In this document: positions 1 to 9,518 of the stretch, one piece after another
How positions within the stretch are numbered: position 1 is the first letter of the stretch
How the letters are laid out: each line of letters opens with the position of its first letter
Virus record (IMG/VR): IMGVR_UViG_3300023274_000001
Coordinates: 64,001-128,000 of that record
Source: an uncultured virus (IMG/VR IMGVR_UViG_3300023274_000001)
Taxonomy: Duplodnaviria > Heunggongvirae > Uroviricota > Caudoviricetes
Direction: 5' to 3' (one strand)
Length of the DNA stretch: 64,000 nt
Notes under the pieces: generated by a model
Seen by the model: only the letters and a program-made list of their open reading frames with translations
What the model was told of the DNA's origin: nothing
Database searches by the model: none
Position numbers and translations under genes: made by a program

Positions 1-400
1 GGGTGACCGTTCCCAGCTCCTCCGGCGTCTTGACCTGAAAGACGAGCGTGATGCCCGACTTCACGATCTTCGCCTTCAGATCCTCGACCCGGCCGGAGAG
101 AGCGTCGATCTTCTCCTCCAGCTCGGTGCGCTCTTCCTGGAGAGCGTCCAGCACCGAGTCCACGAAGGAGTTCGCGGAGGTCTCGGTGCGCTTGCGGATG
201 TCCTTCTCCACGCGCTCCAGGCTCTCGACCAGAGCCTCCAGCTCTTCGAGCACGCCGCCGAGTTCGGCACCGCTCCGCTGGTCCAGGTACGCCGTGTGCT
301 CGAACACGGGGAACGTGGAGTTCCCCTCCAGGTAGTCCTCGAAGCTGAAGTTGTCGGGGCCGGGCTCCGGGTTGCCCGGCTCCGCAATGTCCTGCGCCAT
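1..400 (-). CDS. Probable tail assembly chaperone (runs off left edge)
   Basis: ATG at 400 with AAGGA RBS; MAQDIAEPGNPEPGPDNFSFEDYLEG... then coiled coil; directly downstream of the major tail gene; absent from ORF track because truncated. Confidence 0.65.
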   Translation of the reverse strand, partial: MAQDIAEPGNPEPGPDNFSFEDYLEGNSTFPVFEHTAYLDQRSGAELGGVLEELEALVESLERVEKDIRKRTETSANSFVDSVLDALQEERTELEEKIDALSGRVEDLKAKIVKSGITLVFQVKTPEELGTVT

Positions 401-426
401 GTCCGTTCCTTCGGTCGTACGGGTTG

Positions 427-993
427 TCAGCTCGCGGTGCTGCCGACCTGCACAAGGCCGTCCGAGGACTGGCCCTGGGCATACATGGTCGGCTGAAGCT
501 GAAGGGGGGCGGTCGCGTCGTTGATGACGTTGGGGTCGCCGGAGAGGAACTTGTAGACCGTGACCCAGTCGTCGTCCACCGCGTTCGGATCCCGAACGGG
601 GTGCTTCGAGATCCGCTGGACCAGGAACCCCGAGCGCAGGGGCTTCTTGAACAGGCGCATCACGTCGTTGTAGATCGACGGGTCGAGCTTGTTCGGGTCG
701 CGGTCCAGGAAGACGTTGAGCTGGCCTTCGTAGTTCTTCGCGGTCGGGGTCGCCACGTTCGAGTCGTCGCAGAGGCCACGCGTGTCGTCCGTGTCACGGT
801 CCGTCCAGCCGAGCGTGATGTCGGTGGTCAGTGCGCACGAGATGTTCAGACCCGCGTTGATCTCTGCGGCGGTCGGGTGGTCGATGTCCGCGAAACCCTC
901 GCCGTACGTGCCCTCGTACCCCTCGGACGTCTGGTCCGATTCGTCGACCCACCAGATGGTGAGCGACGGGGGGAGGCTCTTCACTGCTGCCAT
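427..993 (-). CDS. Major tail (tube) protein
   Basis: PTAAEINAGLNISCALT and DTRGLCD motifs typical of actinophage tail tube proteins; synteny. Confidence 0.85.
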   Translation of the reverse strand: MAAVKSLPPSLTIWWVDESDQTSEGYEGTYGEGFADIDHPTAAEINAGLNISCALTTDITLGWTDRDTDDTRGLCDDSNVATPTAKNYEGQLNVFLDRDPNKLDPSIYNDVMRLFKKPLRSGFLVQRISKHPVRDPNAVDDDWVTVYKFLSGDPNVINDATAPLQLQPTMYAQGQSSDGLVQVGSTAS

Positions 994-1085
994 TCGTACC
1001 TCCGGCCGGAAGGCATGATCGTGCCTGACCGGAGTCTAACCGCGAAAGCCCCTGCCTGGGACGCTGGGCGCCCGAAGCGAATTCT

Positions 1086-1571
1086 TCACGAACCCGTTCC
1101 GGTGTGCTGACCCACATTCACGACACCCTGGAACCCGATCGCCAGGTAGAAACGCAGCGTGTCGCCGACACCAACCGGGTAGGGATCGCGGACTGTTCCC
1201 GATCCGGCTTCGCTGATCTCGCCCTGGTCGGCGGGCGTGTATCCGACGAGCAGATCCCGGCATGCCTGGGCGAGCTGAAGAAGCGAAAGTCCGGATGGCG
1301 CCACGGATTCGACAATGAATCCCGCCTTCTTCGTGACGCCCTTGTCCTCTCCGGAAACACCGCAGAGGTCCGCCACAGACAGGCGGCCACCGAATCCGGA
1401 GATGTCGAATGCCTGGCCGAACCAGAGGATGACGCTTGGCTTGTAGAAGCCCGAGGGGTCCTTGATGACGTCGGTGTTCTCGGGTACGCCTTCCAGGAAA
1501 ACCGGCGTGTTGGGCAGTCCCGTATCCAGTCGGCTGTAGATGTCGAGCTGCCAGTCCAGCAGAGAGGCCAT
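1086..1571 (-). CDS. Probable tail terminator
   Basis: 161 aa, immediately upstream of the major tail gene. Confidence 0.6.
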   Translation of the reverse strand: MASLLDWQLDIYSRLDTGLPNTPVFLEGVPENTDVIKDPSGFYKPSVILWFGQAFDISGFGGRLSVADLCGVSGEDKGVTKKAGFIVESVAPSGLSLLQLAQACRDLLVGYTPADQGEISEAGSGTVRDPYPVGVGDTLRFYLAIGFQGVVNVGQHTGTGS

Positions 1572-1984
1572 CAGCGACCACCCACTCGCGCCTGAAGCTC
1601 GGTGGTCACCTGGTTGAAGGCGTCGAGCACGGCCATCATCGGGGTGATGCCGGTACGCGTACCGAACTCCTGGAAGGGTGCGTAGTACGGGTTGTTGGAC
1701 TCCCAGCCGAAGGAGATCTTCAGGATGTCGGTACCGAAGTCGCCCGTGCCGGTGACGGAGGACTTCATCCGTCCCGTGTCCACGCGGGACTTCGCCCGCA
1801 CCAGACCCTCGCCCCGGCGCCGGGCGTTCGACATGTCCAGAACCAGTCGCTGACGGGACTTGTTCAAGTGGTCGATGACGAACGCAGAGAGGCCGATGTC
1901 GAAGGCGCCGTTCGGAGTGCCGCCGCCGTAGTACCGCTGGGCACCGCCGAACCGGTAGTTGTACTTGATCCCGATATACGCCAT
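1571..1984 (-). CDS. HK97 gp10-like neck/tail completion protein
   Basis: RVDTGRMKSS and YAPFQEFGT motifs. Confidence 0.8.
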   Translation of the reverse strand: MAYIGIKYNYRFGGAQRYYGGGTPNGAFDIGLSAFVIDHLNKSRQRLVLDMSNARRRGEGLVRAKSRVDTGRMKSSVTGTGDFGTDILKISFGWESNNPYYAPFQEFGTRTGITPMMAVLDAFNQVTTELQARVGGR

Positions 1985-2814
1985 TACAGGGCCTCCCTCA
2001 CCTCGTCGACCGGAAGGTTCTCGTCCAGGTCGATGACCTCATGGTCCTTCATCAGACCCGCCATCGCATTCATCTCTTCCGAGGTCATCGAGAGGATCCT
2101 CTCCGACCGGCGCTCGATCGAGCCCGAGAGTTTCCGGCCCGTCCGGTTGTACCCGTAGAACCCCGCATGGAAAGCCCGGGGCTGCGCGGGGTACACCGTC
2201 ACCCCCCGGCCGCTCTCCCGGATCCGGTTGAACAGCCCGTCCTGCTCCGCATGCCCCGGCGGGATCTGACTGCCGGGGAAGGTGCGGCGGCAGTAACCGA
2301 CCATGTCGCCGTAGTACACCGGCTTGTTGTGGGCAACCGCGCGGCGGGCCACCTCGGGCCGGAAAGACACTCCGAGCGACTGGTAGGAAGGGTGCCGGTA
2401 GGCCGCCGCTGGGGGTTCTCCGGTCAGGTTCTGGTTCCGGCAGGCACTCACCGAGAAAGCGTCCGGAGCCGCCGAGTGGGCTGCTTCGTGATACGCGAAG
2501 TAACCGAGCGAGACCATGATGTCGTCCTCGACCACGTGAATCAGGTCGGCTTCGATGGACAATGCATCCTTCAGTCCAGACAGGATGTTGTAGGAATTCC
2601 CGTGGAACTGGTGATGGTGCATCACGCGCAGAAAAATCTCGGAGAACGAGCTGGAAAAGGATTCGGCCACCTGACGGCATTCCAGGGTACCCTTCCGGTC
2701 CAGCGTCACCACCACTCGCACGTCATAACCCGCCGCCGCCTTGGCCAGCCGGGTGAGGCAGGCATGCAGCATGTCGGGCCTGCGCCACGCAGGAACCAGA
2801 ACCGTGTGCTTCAC
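1984..2814 (-). CDS. Glycosyltransferase (GT-A/GT2-like)
   Basis: VLVPAWRRPDML N-terminus and VEDD DxD-type motif. Confidence 0.8.
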   Translation of the reverse strand: MKHTVLVPAWRRPDMLHACLTRLAKAAAGYDVRVVVTLDRKGTLECRQVAESFSSSFSEIFLRVMHHHQFHGNSYNILSGLKDALSIEADLIHVVEDDIMVSLGYFAYHEAAHSAAPDAFSVSACRNQNLTGEPPAAAYRHPSYQSLGVSFRPEVARRAVAHNKPVYYGDMVGYCRRTFPGSQIPPGHAEQDGLFNRIRESGRGVTVYPAQPRAFHAGFYGYNRTGRKLSGSIERRSERILSMTSEEMNAMAGLMKDHEVIDLDENLPVDEVREAL

Positions 2815-3725
2815 CGCTCCACCAGCCTCAGTGCGATTTCCTTGAACTCGGCATTGCGCTTCAGGAAGCGGGCGCGAACCGCTTTACCGATCTGCTCACG
2901 TCGTTCCGGGGTGAGGGCTGCGGCCCGGCGTACCGCCTCGGCAACGAGCGTCGGAGAGGTGTACGTGAGGATCGCCTGGTGGTGGTTGCGCGTGCTGGTC
3001 ACTCCGACCAGGTAGCCCCACTCCGGCCTGATGTGCTCGTTCATCGGTGAGGCGTCGGTCGTCACCACGATGGCGCCCACCGACATGGCCTCAGTGATGT
3101 AGTGGCCCCACCCCTCGGCAATGGAGGGGCAGACGTGGATCTGCGCCTCGTTCATCAGGCGATTGCGCTCCTCGTCGGAAGGTGAGAGGACGACGGTGAT
3201 GCGGTCTTCGAGCCCTGCCGGAATGTGCACCTCATCCTTCGAGATGATCGTCAGGGGCGGCAGGGTTGAGTCCTTCTGCCAGGCGCCGATGACCTGTTCC
3301 GTGCCCTTCATCCCTGACCGGCCGCGCAGATGCATGCACTTCAGCTCACGCTTTACGTCCGGATCATGGAGATCTGTTCCCAGAAACCCGGTGAGCTGCA
3401 CGTTCTTGCCGCCACGATTGCGGCAGAACCGCAGTGCGTAGTTGCTCTTGGCCCAGATCTGATCAAACGCCGCAAGGTATTTCATCCACTCTCGTGGATA
3501 CCATTCCAGGTTCAGAATGGCGATGTTCTTGTCGGCGAACTGGGCGAGGTTCCGGCTGACCAGTTCGAGATGAAAAGCGACGTCCGTCCGGGGCATCTCC
3601 TTCGCCTGCCAGTCATGGAATTCCACTTCATGCCCAGCCGACTCGAAAAGCTCGGTGAGCAGTGCGGCATCCAGCGACAGACCCACGCCATTGTCCCGGC
3701 TGAGCAGCGCAATCTTCAGGCCCAC
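2811..3725 (-). CDS. Glycosyltransferase (GT-B/GT4-like)
   Basis: CPSIAEGWGHYITEAMSVGAIVVTTD matches the EX7E motif of Glycos_transf_1. Confidence 0.88.
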   Translation of the reverse strand: MGLKIALLSRDNGVGLSLDAALLTELFESAGHEVEFHDWQAKEMPRTDVAFHLELVSRNLAQFADKNIAILNLEWYPREWMKYLAAFDQIWAKSNYALRFCRNRGGKNVQLTGFLGTDLHDPDVKRELKCMHLRGRSGMKGTEQVIGAWQKDSTLPPLTIISKDEVHIPAGLEDRITVVLSPSDEERNRLMNEAQIHVCPSIAEGWGHYITEAMSVGAIVVTTDASPMNEHIRPEWGYLVGVTSTRNHHQAILTYTSPTLVAEAVRRAAALTPERREQIGKAVRARFLKRNAEFKEIALRLVER

Positions 3726-3744
3726 GTGGTTCCCTCTCCCCTGG

Positions 3745-4314
3745 TCAAGGACCCATCACGCCGTTGTTCATGGCGACGGGCTCCATCGAGAACGGCGGCG
3801 GCAGCGTCTGCGGGTGCGCCGCGTCCACGTCACAGAGGACATTCCTCAGCCATGCATTCGAGGACATGAGCGGGTTGCGTACGTGGAAAAGGTAATGGAC
3901 CAGCTCCGGATCTCCGAGGATCAGATGGCCGAGTTCCGGATCGTTCGGGTCGGGCTCAAGTGCACGTACCAGATCGTTGGCATGCACTGGCGGGCATGTG
4001 CGGATCGGCACCTGTACGCGGATCGCGTGGTCGGTACCCATATCGCCCCGCTGGGTGCGGACCCTCGCGCGCCAGTCCTTGTTGTTGGCGATGCGGCCCG
4101 GCCCCCGGTACAGCAGGATCAGTTCGGGGAATTTCTCGCCGCCCTGGCCGTCGGGAATCGTCAGGCCGCCGGAGATGGGGTCGAAGCCGTACTCACCGCC
4201 CTGCGACGGCCTGCGGAAGATCTCCACCGCCGCGTTCATGTGGCCGCGAGGAACCGACCGCTGGTGCAGTTGCCAGCGGGGATCCAGAGCGCTGCGCCTG
4301 TTGAGTGAGGCCAT
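3745..4314 (-). CDS. Head-to-tail stopper (DUF6093-like)
   Basis: LLYRGPGRI motif and position among neck genes; start chosen at MASLNRR. Confidence 0.6.
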   Translation of the reverse strand: MASLNRRSALDPRWQLHQRSVPRGHMNAAVEIFRRPSQGGEYGFDPISGGLTIPDGQGGEKFPELILLYRGPGRIANNKDWRARVRTQRGDMGTDHAIRVQVPIRTCPPVHANDLVRALEPDPNDPELGHLILGDPELVHYLFHVRNPLMSSNAWLRNVLCDVDAAHPQTLPPPFSMEPVAMNNGVMGP

Positions 4315-4319
4315 GGGGC

Positions 4320-5099
4320 CTATTCTGCACGCAGACGCCCCGGAAGATCGCACTTCAGCGCGTTGAAGATGCGGCAGGCGAGGGGCGGGGTGCCGCTGGG
4401 CACCGGTCCGTTCTCAGGGATGGAGACCTCGGTCTGGTCGTAGGAGATGGTGATCTTTCCGCCTCCCTCGGTGACAGTGATCGGCGGCTCGTATTCCTTC
4501 TTTTCCATGGTCCCTGCCCTCTTGGAAGCTGGATCCACGGAAGCTACCCGCCTACGCACCAGTAGGATCCAGGTTCGGGGAATCTTCACCCGAATCCCGG
4601 ATCCTCCTTGTAAGAGCCAGCGCGCGAAGGTAGGGCCGCCGATTCCGGCAGTCCACCCCTGGGGAAAACCGTGCAGGCTGTAGGGGAAGCCGTCCTGCGG
4701 CACCGGCTGGAAGTCCACGATCACCATGATCTCGGAGTCCTCGTCGGCCGCATCCGCCCGGTCTTCGAGCTGCTTCGCTCCGGCGAGCAGGGCACCGGCC
4801 AGCTTCGCACCGTCGGTCTGAAGATCTTCGGTGCGGATGACCTTCTGGATCAGACCTTCGGAAACGGCGAGCGCCCGCAGGGCCGAGGCCGCCGCCCGGT
4901 AGATGCGTGCCGAACCCTCACCGATGGCGATCGTGTACAGCCCGCGCAGGTGGGCGTCGCTGAACATGTACTCGGCGATCCCGGAGTCCGAGTAGTCGAC
5001 CTGCTCGACATCCGGAATGAGCGCCCGGATCTGTCCGATCACGGAGCCGAAGTCGACGGGATACACGTCCTGTGAAGCGGTCGTTCCTACGGCTGCCAT
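4320..5099 (-). CDS. Head-to-tail adaptor, in frame with a small downstream ORF (4320-4508)
   Basis: GQIRALIPD...YMFSD...RAAASAL...IRTEDLQTDGAKLA motif of actinophage adaptors. Confidence 0.75.
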   Translation of the reverse strand: MAAVGTTASQDVYPVDFGSVIGQIRALIPDVEQVDYSDSGIAEYMFSDAHLRGLYTIAIGEGSARIYRAAASALRALAVSEGLIQKVIRTEDLQTDGAKLAGALLAGAKQLEDRADAADEDSEIMVIVDFQPVPQDGFPYSLHGFPQGWTAGIGGPTFARWLLQGGSGIRVKIPRTWILLVRRRVASVDPASKRAGTMEKKEYEPPITVTEGGGKITISYDQTEVSIPENGPVPSGTPPLACRIFNALKCDLPGRLRAE

Positions 5100-5979
5100 C
5101 AGCCACCTCCCGGGTCTGTTGTCCCTGATCGTACGGGTCGCGATCCTCATGGTCAGCCCGCTGTCGACAGCCTTCGAAGGTACGAAGGTTCTCCCACGAT
5201 GTCCCAGTTTGACTGGTGGTCTGTGCGGTCAACTTGACATGCCACCAACAAGAGCAGCCCGAGTTGCAGGGTTTATTACCAATAAGTCCGAATTAATACC
5301 CTCAGTGGGTATGGCTCGCCTGACCTGCGGTTCTATTTGGTTCGGGGACCGAATCGAACTTGGAAGTTGGAGGGTCACCCGAATCTGCCAGGGGGTGCGC
5401 ACTTATGTGTCGATGTATGCGCAGGTCAAAGGGTGTGACGGGCGCAGGGCAAGCAGGGGTTGCGATGTCAACATTGAACCCTGGCAGCCAGGTAACAGGG
5501 AGGGGTATGCAGTGCCCGATTCGTACCGATTCATGGTGATTTTCTTTGGCTGCCAGTTCTCGGAAAAACGAGAGTATTGAACCCCTACTTGCGCCCTGAC
5601 CTGCGGAACCACCCACTCTTTAAGAACAGAAACATCCTCCTCTCTCCTGTCTGTACCTGTAGGCAAGGGCCCGCCATCCGGGCTGGCGCCCGGCCTGGCG
5701 GCGGGAGGACGGAGGAATCGCTTCGCTCCAAAAAGATCTGGGGGCTGAGGCGGTGGGCAGGGTGCGGGCCGGAAGGGGGCTGGGCGGCGCTCTAGGGCGC
5801 GCGCAGGGGTTGGTGCGGCCCTGCGGCGGTCGGTGGGTGGCTGGGGCCGTCAGGCGGGCTCAGGTGGCTTCGTGGCGGAGGAGGTACGTGATGCCTATGG
5901 GCCTGAAAGGTGCTTCTCGCTAACCCTTGCGCTCGACGGTGGAAAAAGGTGTACTGTGGTTCTCGGAAAGGAGAAGCAC

Positions 5980-6336
5980 ATGCAGCCGACCGACCGCGTC
6001 CTTGCGGCAGCTCTGACCTCGAATCTTCCGCACGGCGCCTTCCGGCTCTACGCGATCCTCGATGCCGCCTCCCGTGAGGCCGACGCCGTGGACGAGTACT
6101 TCCCGGTGACGCTGGAGGGCCTGATGCGGCTCCACCCGGGTATCGCCGGGCGCAACGCCGGGGCCACCACGATCATCAAGCAGATCGCCGCACTGCGCGG
6201 GGCCGGTCTCCTGGACACCCGGGCTGCCATGCACCGCAACGAACCGAAGATGCCGGTGCTCGTGAAGCTCTTCGCTCCTCACGTCAGCCCCGGAGAGAAG
6301 CCCCTTTCGGTCGCATCGGTGGCGAACTCGCAGTAA
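5980..6336 (+). CDS. Putative winged-HTH DNA-binding protein
   Basis: GGAAAGGAG RBS; LPHGAFRLYAIL...TIIKQIAALRGAGLL pattern. Confidence 0.5.
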   Translation: MQPTDRVLAAALTSNLPHGAFRLYAILDAASREADAVDEYFPVTLEGLMRLHPGIAGRNAGATTIIKQIAALRGAGLLDTRAAMHRNEPKMPVLVKLFAPHVSPGEKPLSVASVANSQ

Positions 6337-6633
6337 ACGGATACCTGCATATCGAACATTCCTGTTTCACAAGCAAGTTCCGTTCGAACAGTGCGCTATT
6401 CTCCATGCGGCCCGGCTCGCCGGGTGGAAGGGAGGAAGCGCATGTGCACGGACGCAGAAGGTCCACCGGAAGGGATTGATCCCGGACAGTGGGCTCTCGA
6501 TCAGTACAGAGCGTGGAGGGTCGTCACCTTCGGGGACGGCCGTACCCCGCCGGTCGGCTCGATGGATGAGCTGCTGGCGCGGGTGAGGGAAGAGCCGCCC
6601 GGCTGACGGGCGGCACCGGAGAGGAGAAGGAAC

Positions 6634-6915
6634 GTGGCGACGAAGAGGCCGACCTACACCTGGAAGTACGTGCCGTTCACGGCGGCGGCGCCGCTCCCGG
6701 AGAAGAAGTTCCGCTCGAAACCGACCTGCTACGCGGGCATCAACGGCGAACGCGAGCTGATCCGTGAGGGCTCCAGCCGGGTGATCCGCGTGACGGTCTA
6801 CGAGTGGCAGAAGGACACCGGCCGCTGGATGACCTACGAGCGTCTGGACCTGAAGGCCGACATCGACGCGGAGAAGGCCCACCAGGAGAAGCTGGCGAAG
6901 GGTGACGAGAAGTGA
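6634..6915 (+). CDS. Hypothetical protein
   Basis: RBS, high-GC codon usage, overlaps next gene. Confidence 0.7.
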   Translation: MATKRPTYTWKYVPFTAAAPLPEKKFRSKPTCYAGINGERELIREGSSRVIRVTVYEWQKDTGRWMTYERLDLKADIDAEKAHQEKLAKGDEK

Positions 6916-7412
6916 AGCTCGCCGTCGCGCTGATGTCGCTCACCGAGGGGTCCAACACGGTCTACGTCTCCCGCAGGGCGAGGCGTTTCCACGAGGACCC
7001 CGAGTGCCGGGCCCGTGGAGCGGGTCACATGATCTTCGCCTGCCGGTGCGGCGACCCGTACTGCGGATGCGCGGGCGACAAGCCCCCGGCCGCCGAGGTG
7101 ATCTCGATCGACCAGGCCGCGATCCGTGACCTGGACCCCTGCGCCGTCTGCTACCCGCGCTTCCAGGAGATCGCGGTCCAGCTCGTCGCCGACGACGACT
7201 TCGGCCACCGGCCCACCGAGGAATACGGCGCGAACCGCGCCAGCGTGAGCCGGAAGATCTGCGCCCGCTGCATCGACTGGAAGTGGGTCAAGGTCCACAA
7301 CCAGGACACCGGGTCCGACGAGTTCTACCGCATGGGCCGTCGCGTTTCCTGGCCCTGCACGAGCGCCCAGATCCTGAACATCGCACCCCGCCAAGAGGAG
7401 TGGATTTCGTGA
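6912..7412 (+). CDS. Cys-rich hypothetical protein (probable Zn binding)
   Basis: Several CxxC/CxC motifs; GTGA coupling. Confidence 0.7.
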   Translation: MKLAVALMSLTEGSNTVYVSRRARRFHEDPECRARGAGHMIFACRCGDPYCGCAGDKPPAAEVISIDQAAIRDLDPCAVCYPRFQEIAVQLVADDDFGHRPTEEYGANRASVSRKICARCIDWKWVKVHNQDTGSDEFYRMGRRVSWPCTSAQILNIAPRQEEWIS

Positions 7413-7747
7413 GGCAGTACGCGAGGGGCTACCTGGCTTTCTGCGTGAAGGTCGGCAGCCACTTCAAGGAACTCCTGGAGGAGAAGGGCGCCCTGCGGAA
7501 GTACAACGCGGAGACCGGCGCCGACCTGGGATACCTGGAGGCGGGCAGCTACGCCAACCAGGAGCTGTTCATCACCACGTACTGCGAGAGCGCAGAGCCC
7601 CTGGAGCCGCACCCGGTCGACATGGCCGATTTCACCGAGGAGCAGATGGCGGTCTGGCGCGGCCAGATCCAGCGCTTCCTGCGACAGGCGGAGATCCCGC
7701 CGGTCAACGCGATCGGCTTCCGGATCATCGCGGATCTGAGCAACTGA
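7409..7747 (+). CDS. Hypothetical protein
   Basis: GTGA overlap with previous gene; codon usage. Confidence 0.65.
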   Translation: MRQYARGYLAFCVKVGSHFKELLEEKGALRKYNAETGADLGYLEAGSYANQELFITTYCESAEPLEPHPVDMADFTEEQMAVWRGQIQRFLRQAEIPPVNAIGFRIIADLSN

Positions 7748-8157
7748 TGGCCGTGCTCGACATGGCGGACGTCGAAGCGGCCCGGAGTGACATCCGGGCC
7801 GCACGCAAGATCCTGATGCGGCTGTACACCGTCTCCGGCAACAACTCGGGGATGGACTGGCAGCTCGCGGTCGAGAAGGCCGAGGATGACCGGCGCGTGG
7901 TCGGGGTGATGAACGAGCGCGGCGACATGGTCATGGGTGACTGCATGTCGGACCCGAACAACGAGGTGACCGTGGCCGACGCGCAGCTCATCGCGCTCAT
8001 GGACCCCCGGTTCGCTCGCATGGTGATCGATCTGTTCAATTCGGCGCTGGAGGAAATCGACCGGTACGGCGCCTTCGAACATCTCGTGATCCACGCCAGA
8101 AGGATGGCGCAGAAGATCGTGAAACAGTGGGAAGGAGGGGTGAGCAATGAGCAGTGA
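7747..8157 (+). CDS. Hypothetical protein (Ead/Ea22-like motif)
   Basis: ADAQLIALMDP resembles the Ea22-like DAxFIA..P motif. Confidence 0.55.
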   Translation: MAVLDMADVEAARSDIRAARKILMRLYTVSGNNSGMDWQLAVEKAEDDRRVVGVMNERGDMVMGDCMSDPNNEVTVADAQLIALMDPRFARMVIDLFNSALEEIDRYGAFEHLVIHARRMAQKIVKQWEGGVSNEQ

Positions 8158-8413
8158 ACCGCTGAAGGTGGGCGACGTGATCCACGGATTCGCCCAGGGC
8201 GGCTTCGGCCGTGACCACTACGACTGCGTGAAGATCGAAGCAGCCGGTACGGACTGGATCGTCGCCCGGGATGCCGACGGCGACGTGGCATTCGCCAGCG
8301 GGGAGCGCAGCCTGAAGCACCTCATCATGGTCCGCGACACGGATCGGTGCCCCGAGGACGAGTGCCCGGTGGAGAAGAAGGCGACCGGCCTGACGGTTCC
8401 GGGCGGATGGTGA
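8147..8413 (+). CDS. Hypothetical phage protein
   Basis: LKVGDVIHGFAQGGFGRDHY...IEA motif; RBS. Confidence 0.7.
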   Translation: MSSEPLKVGDVIHGFAQGGFGRDHYDCVKIEAAGTDWIVARDADGDVAFASGERSLKHLIMVRDTDRCPEDECPVEKKATGLTVPGGW

Positions 8414-8414
8414 C

Positions 8415-8726
8415 GTGAAGATCCACGAAGTGCTGGACGGGGACGGGAAGGAGAACCCGGCGGTCTGCTGCGGCACGCTTCCGCTTCTCCTTCCCTCCGG
8501 GGATCTGGTCACCGAGCATCCGGAGATCGTCACCTGTGACAACAGGGCGCCGCGCTGCCCCGGCTGCAAGGGTGAGGCGGGCTACATCGGCATGCGTACC
8601 GAGCCGCCCGCGTTCGCCACGGACGACGCGGCGGTCATCATGAAGGTCGATCCCTGCGCGCACGAATTCCGGGTCAGGGTCGGCATCCAGGATTCCAAGA
8701 TCCGACTGGAGAAGAGGGGCACGTGA
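8415..8726 (+). CDS. Hypothetical protein
   Basis: Operon packing; CxxC motif. Confidence 0.6.
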   Translation: MKIHEVLDGDGKENPAVCCGTLPLLLPSGDLVTEHPEIVTCDNRAPRCPGCKGEAGYIGMRTEPPAFATDDAAVIMKVDPCAHEFRVRVGIQDSKIRLEKRGT

Positions 8727-9319
8727 GCGAGGCGACGGAAGGTCTGGGCGGCGTTCTGCTGGAACTGCTGAAGCAGGTCAGCCCCAAGACTGCGAAGAAG
8801 ATCCCCGAGCAGGACGCCCAGCAGGTGGTTGAGGCTCTGCTGGAGGACGCGGTCGCCCAGCGCTGGATCACGGAGCAGATGGCGCAGGTCGGCATCCGGG
8901 CCGCCGAGTACCGCAATGGCACCGCGACGATGGACCTGGAGCCCGCCCGCGAGATGGTTGCGATGTGGGTCGGGGCATGCCGTGGCCTGATCGGCACTGG
9001 GCCGAACTACTCCGAGACGGTTCTCACTGATCGCGTGGACCATCTGGCCAACCGTGGCGACAAGGTGGAGATGGGCGTGAAGGTCGCCGAGTCCACCGAC
9101 AAGTACATCATCACGGTGCAGCGCGACGCGTTCGGCACGATGACGCCCCACGAGGCGCGCATGAAGGCCGAAAGGCGGGCCGAGGAGCTGTCGAGCGAGG
9201 TGTGGGGCTGGATCATCGCAGTGAACGACGGCGCCGGGTACGACGCCGACGACCTGATCCAGATCATGGAACGGCTCGGCTTCCCGCCTCCGCCGGATCC
9301 GGACGAGGAAAAGGACTGA
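8723..9319 (+). CDS. Hypothetical protein
   Basis: GTGA coupling; codon usage. Confidence 0.7.
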   Translation: MSEATEGLGGVLLELLKQVSPKTAKKIPEQDAQQVVEALLEDAVAQRWITEQMAQVGIRAAEYRNGTATMDLEPAREMVAMWVGACRGLIGTGPNYSETVLTDRVDHLANRGDKVEMGVKVAESTDKYIITVQRDAFGTMTPHEARMKAERRAEELSSEVWGWIIAVNDGAGYDADDLIQIMERLGFPPPPDPDEEKD

Positions 9320-9518
9320 TGGGCGTTCTGGCCCGGCTGATCCTGGGCTGGCGGCACCACAAGACGATCGTCCTGTTCGGCCTGAACTGGCGGTATTGCA
9401 GTCATCGGTCTCACCGATGGAGCATGCCATGTTGGAAGTGGATGGCTGTAGACGGTTTCTGCGCCAAACACACGCTCCGCTGCTGGGGCGATCACTGAAA
9501 ACGGAAAGAGAGAAGAAC

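Noticed and set aside
1-400. Programmed frameshift in the tail chaperone
   Set aside because: The gene is truncated by the window edge; no slippery site can be evaluated
1984-3725. Glycosyltransferases as DNA-modifying enzymes
   Set aside because: Not excluded, but their position inside the virion operon, the Ser-terminal structural proteins and the lack of a hydroxymethylase here favour protein glycosylation
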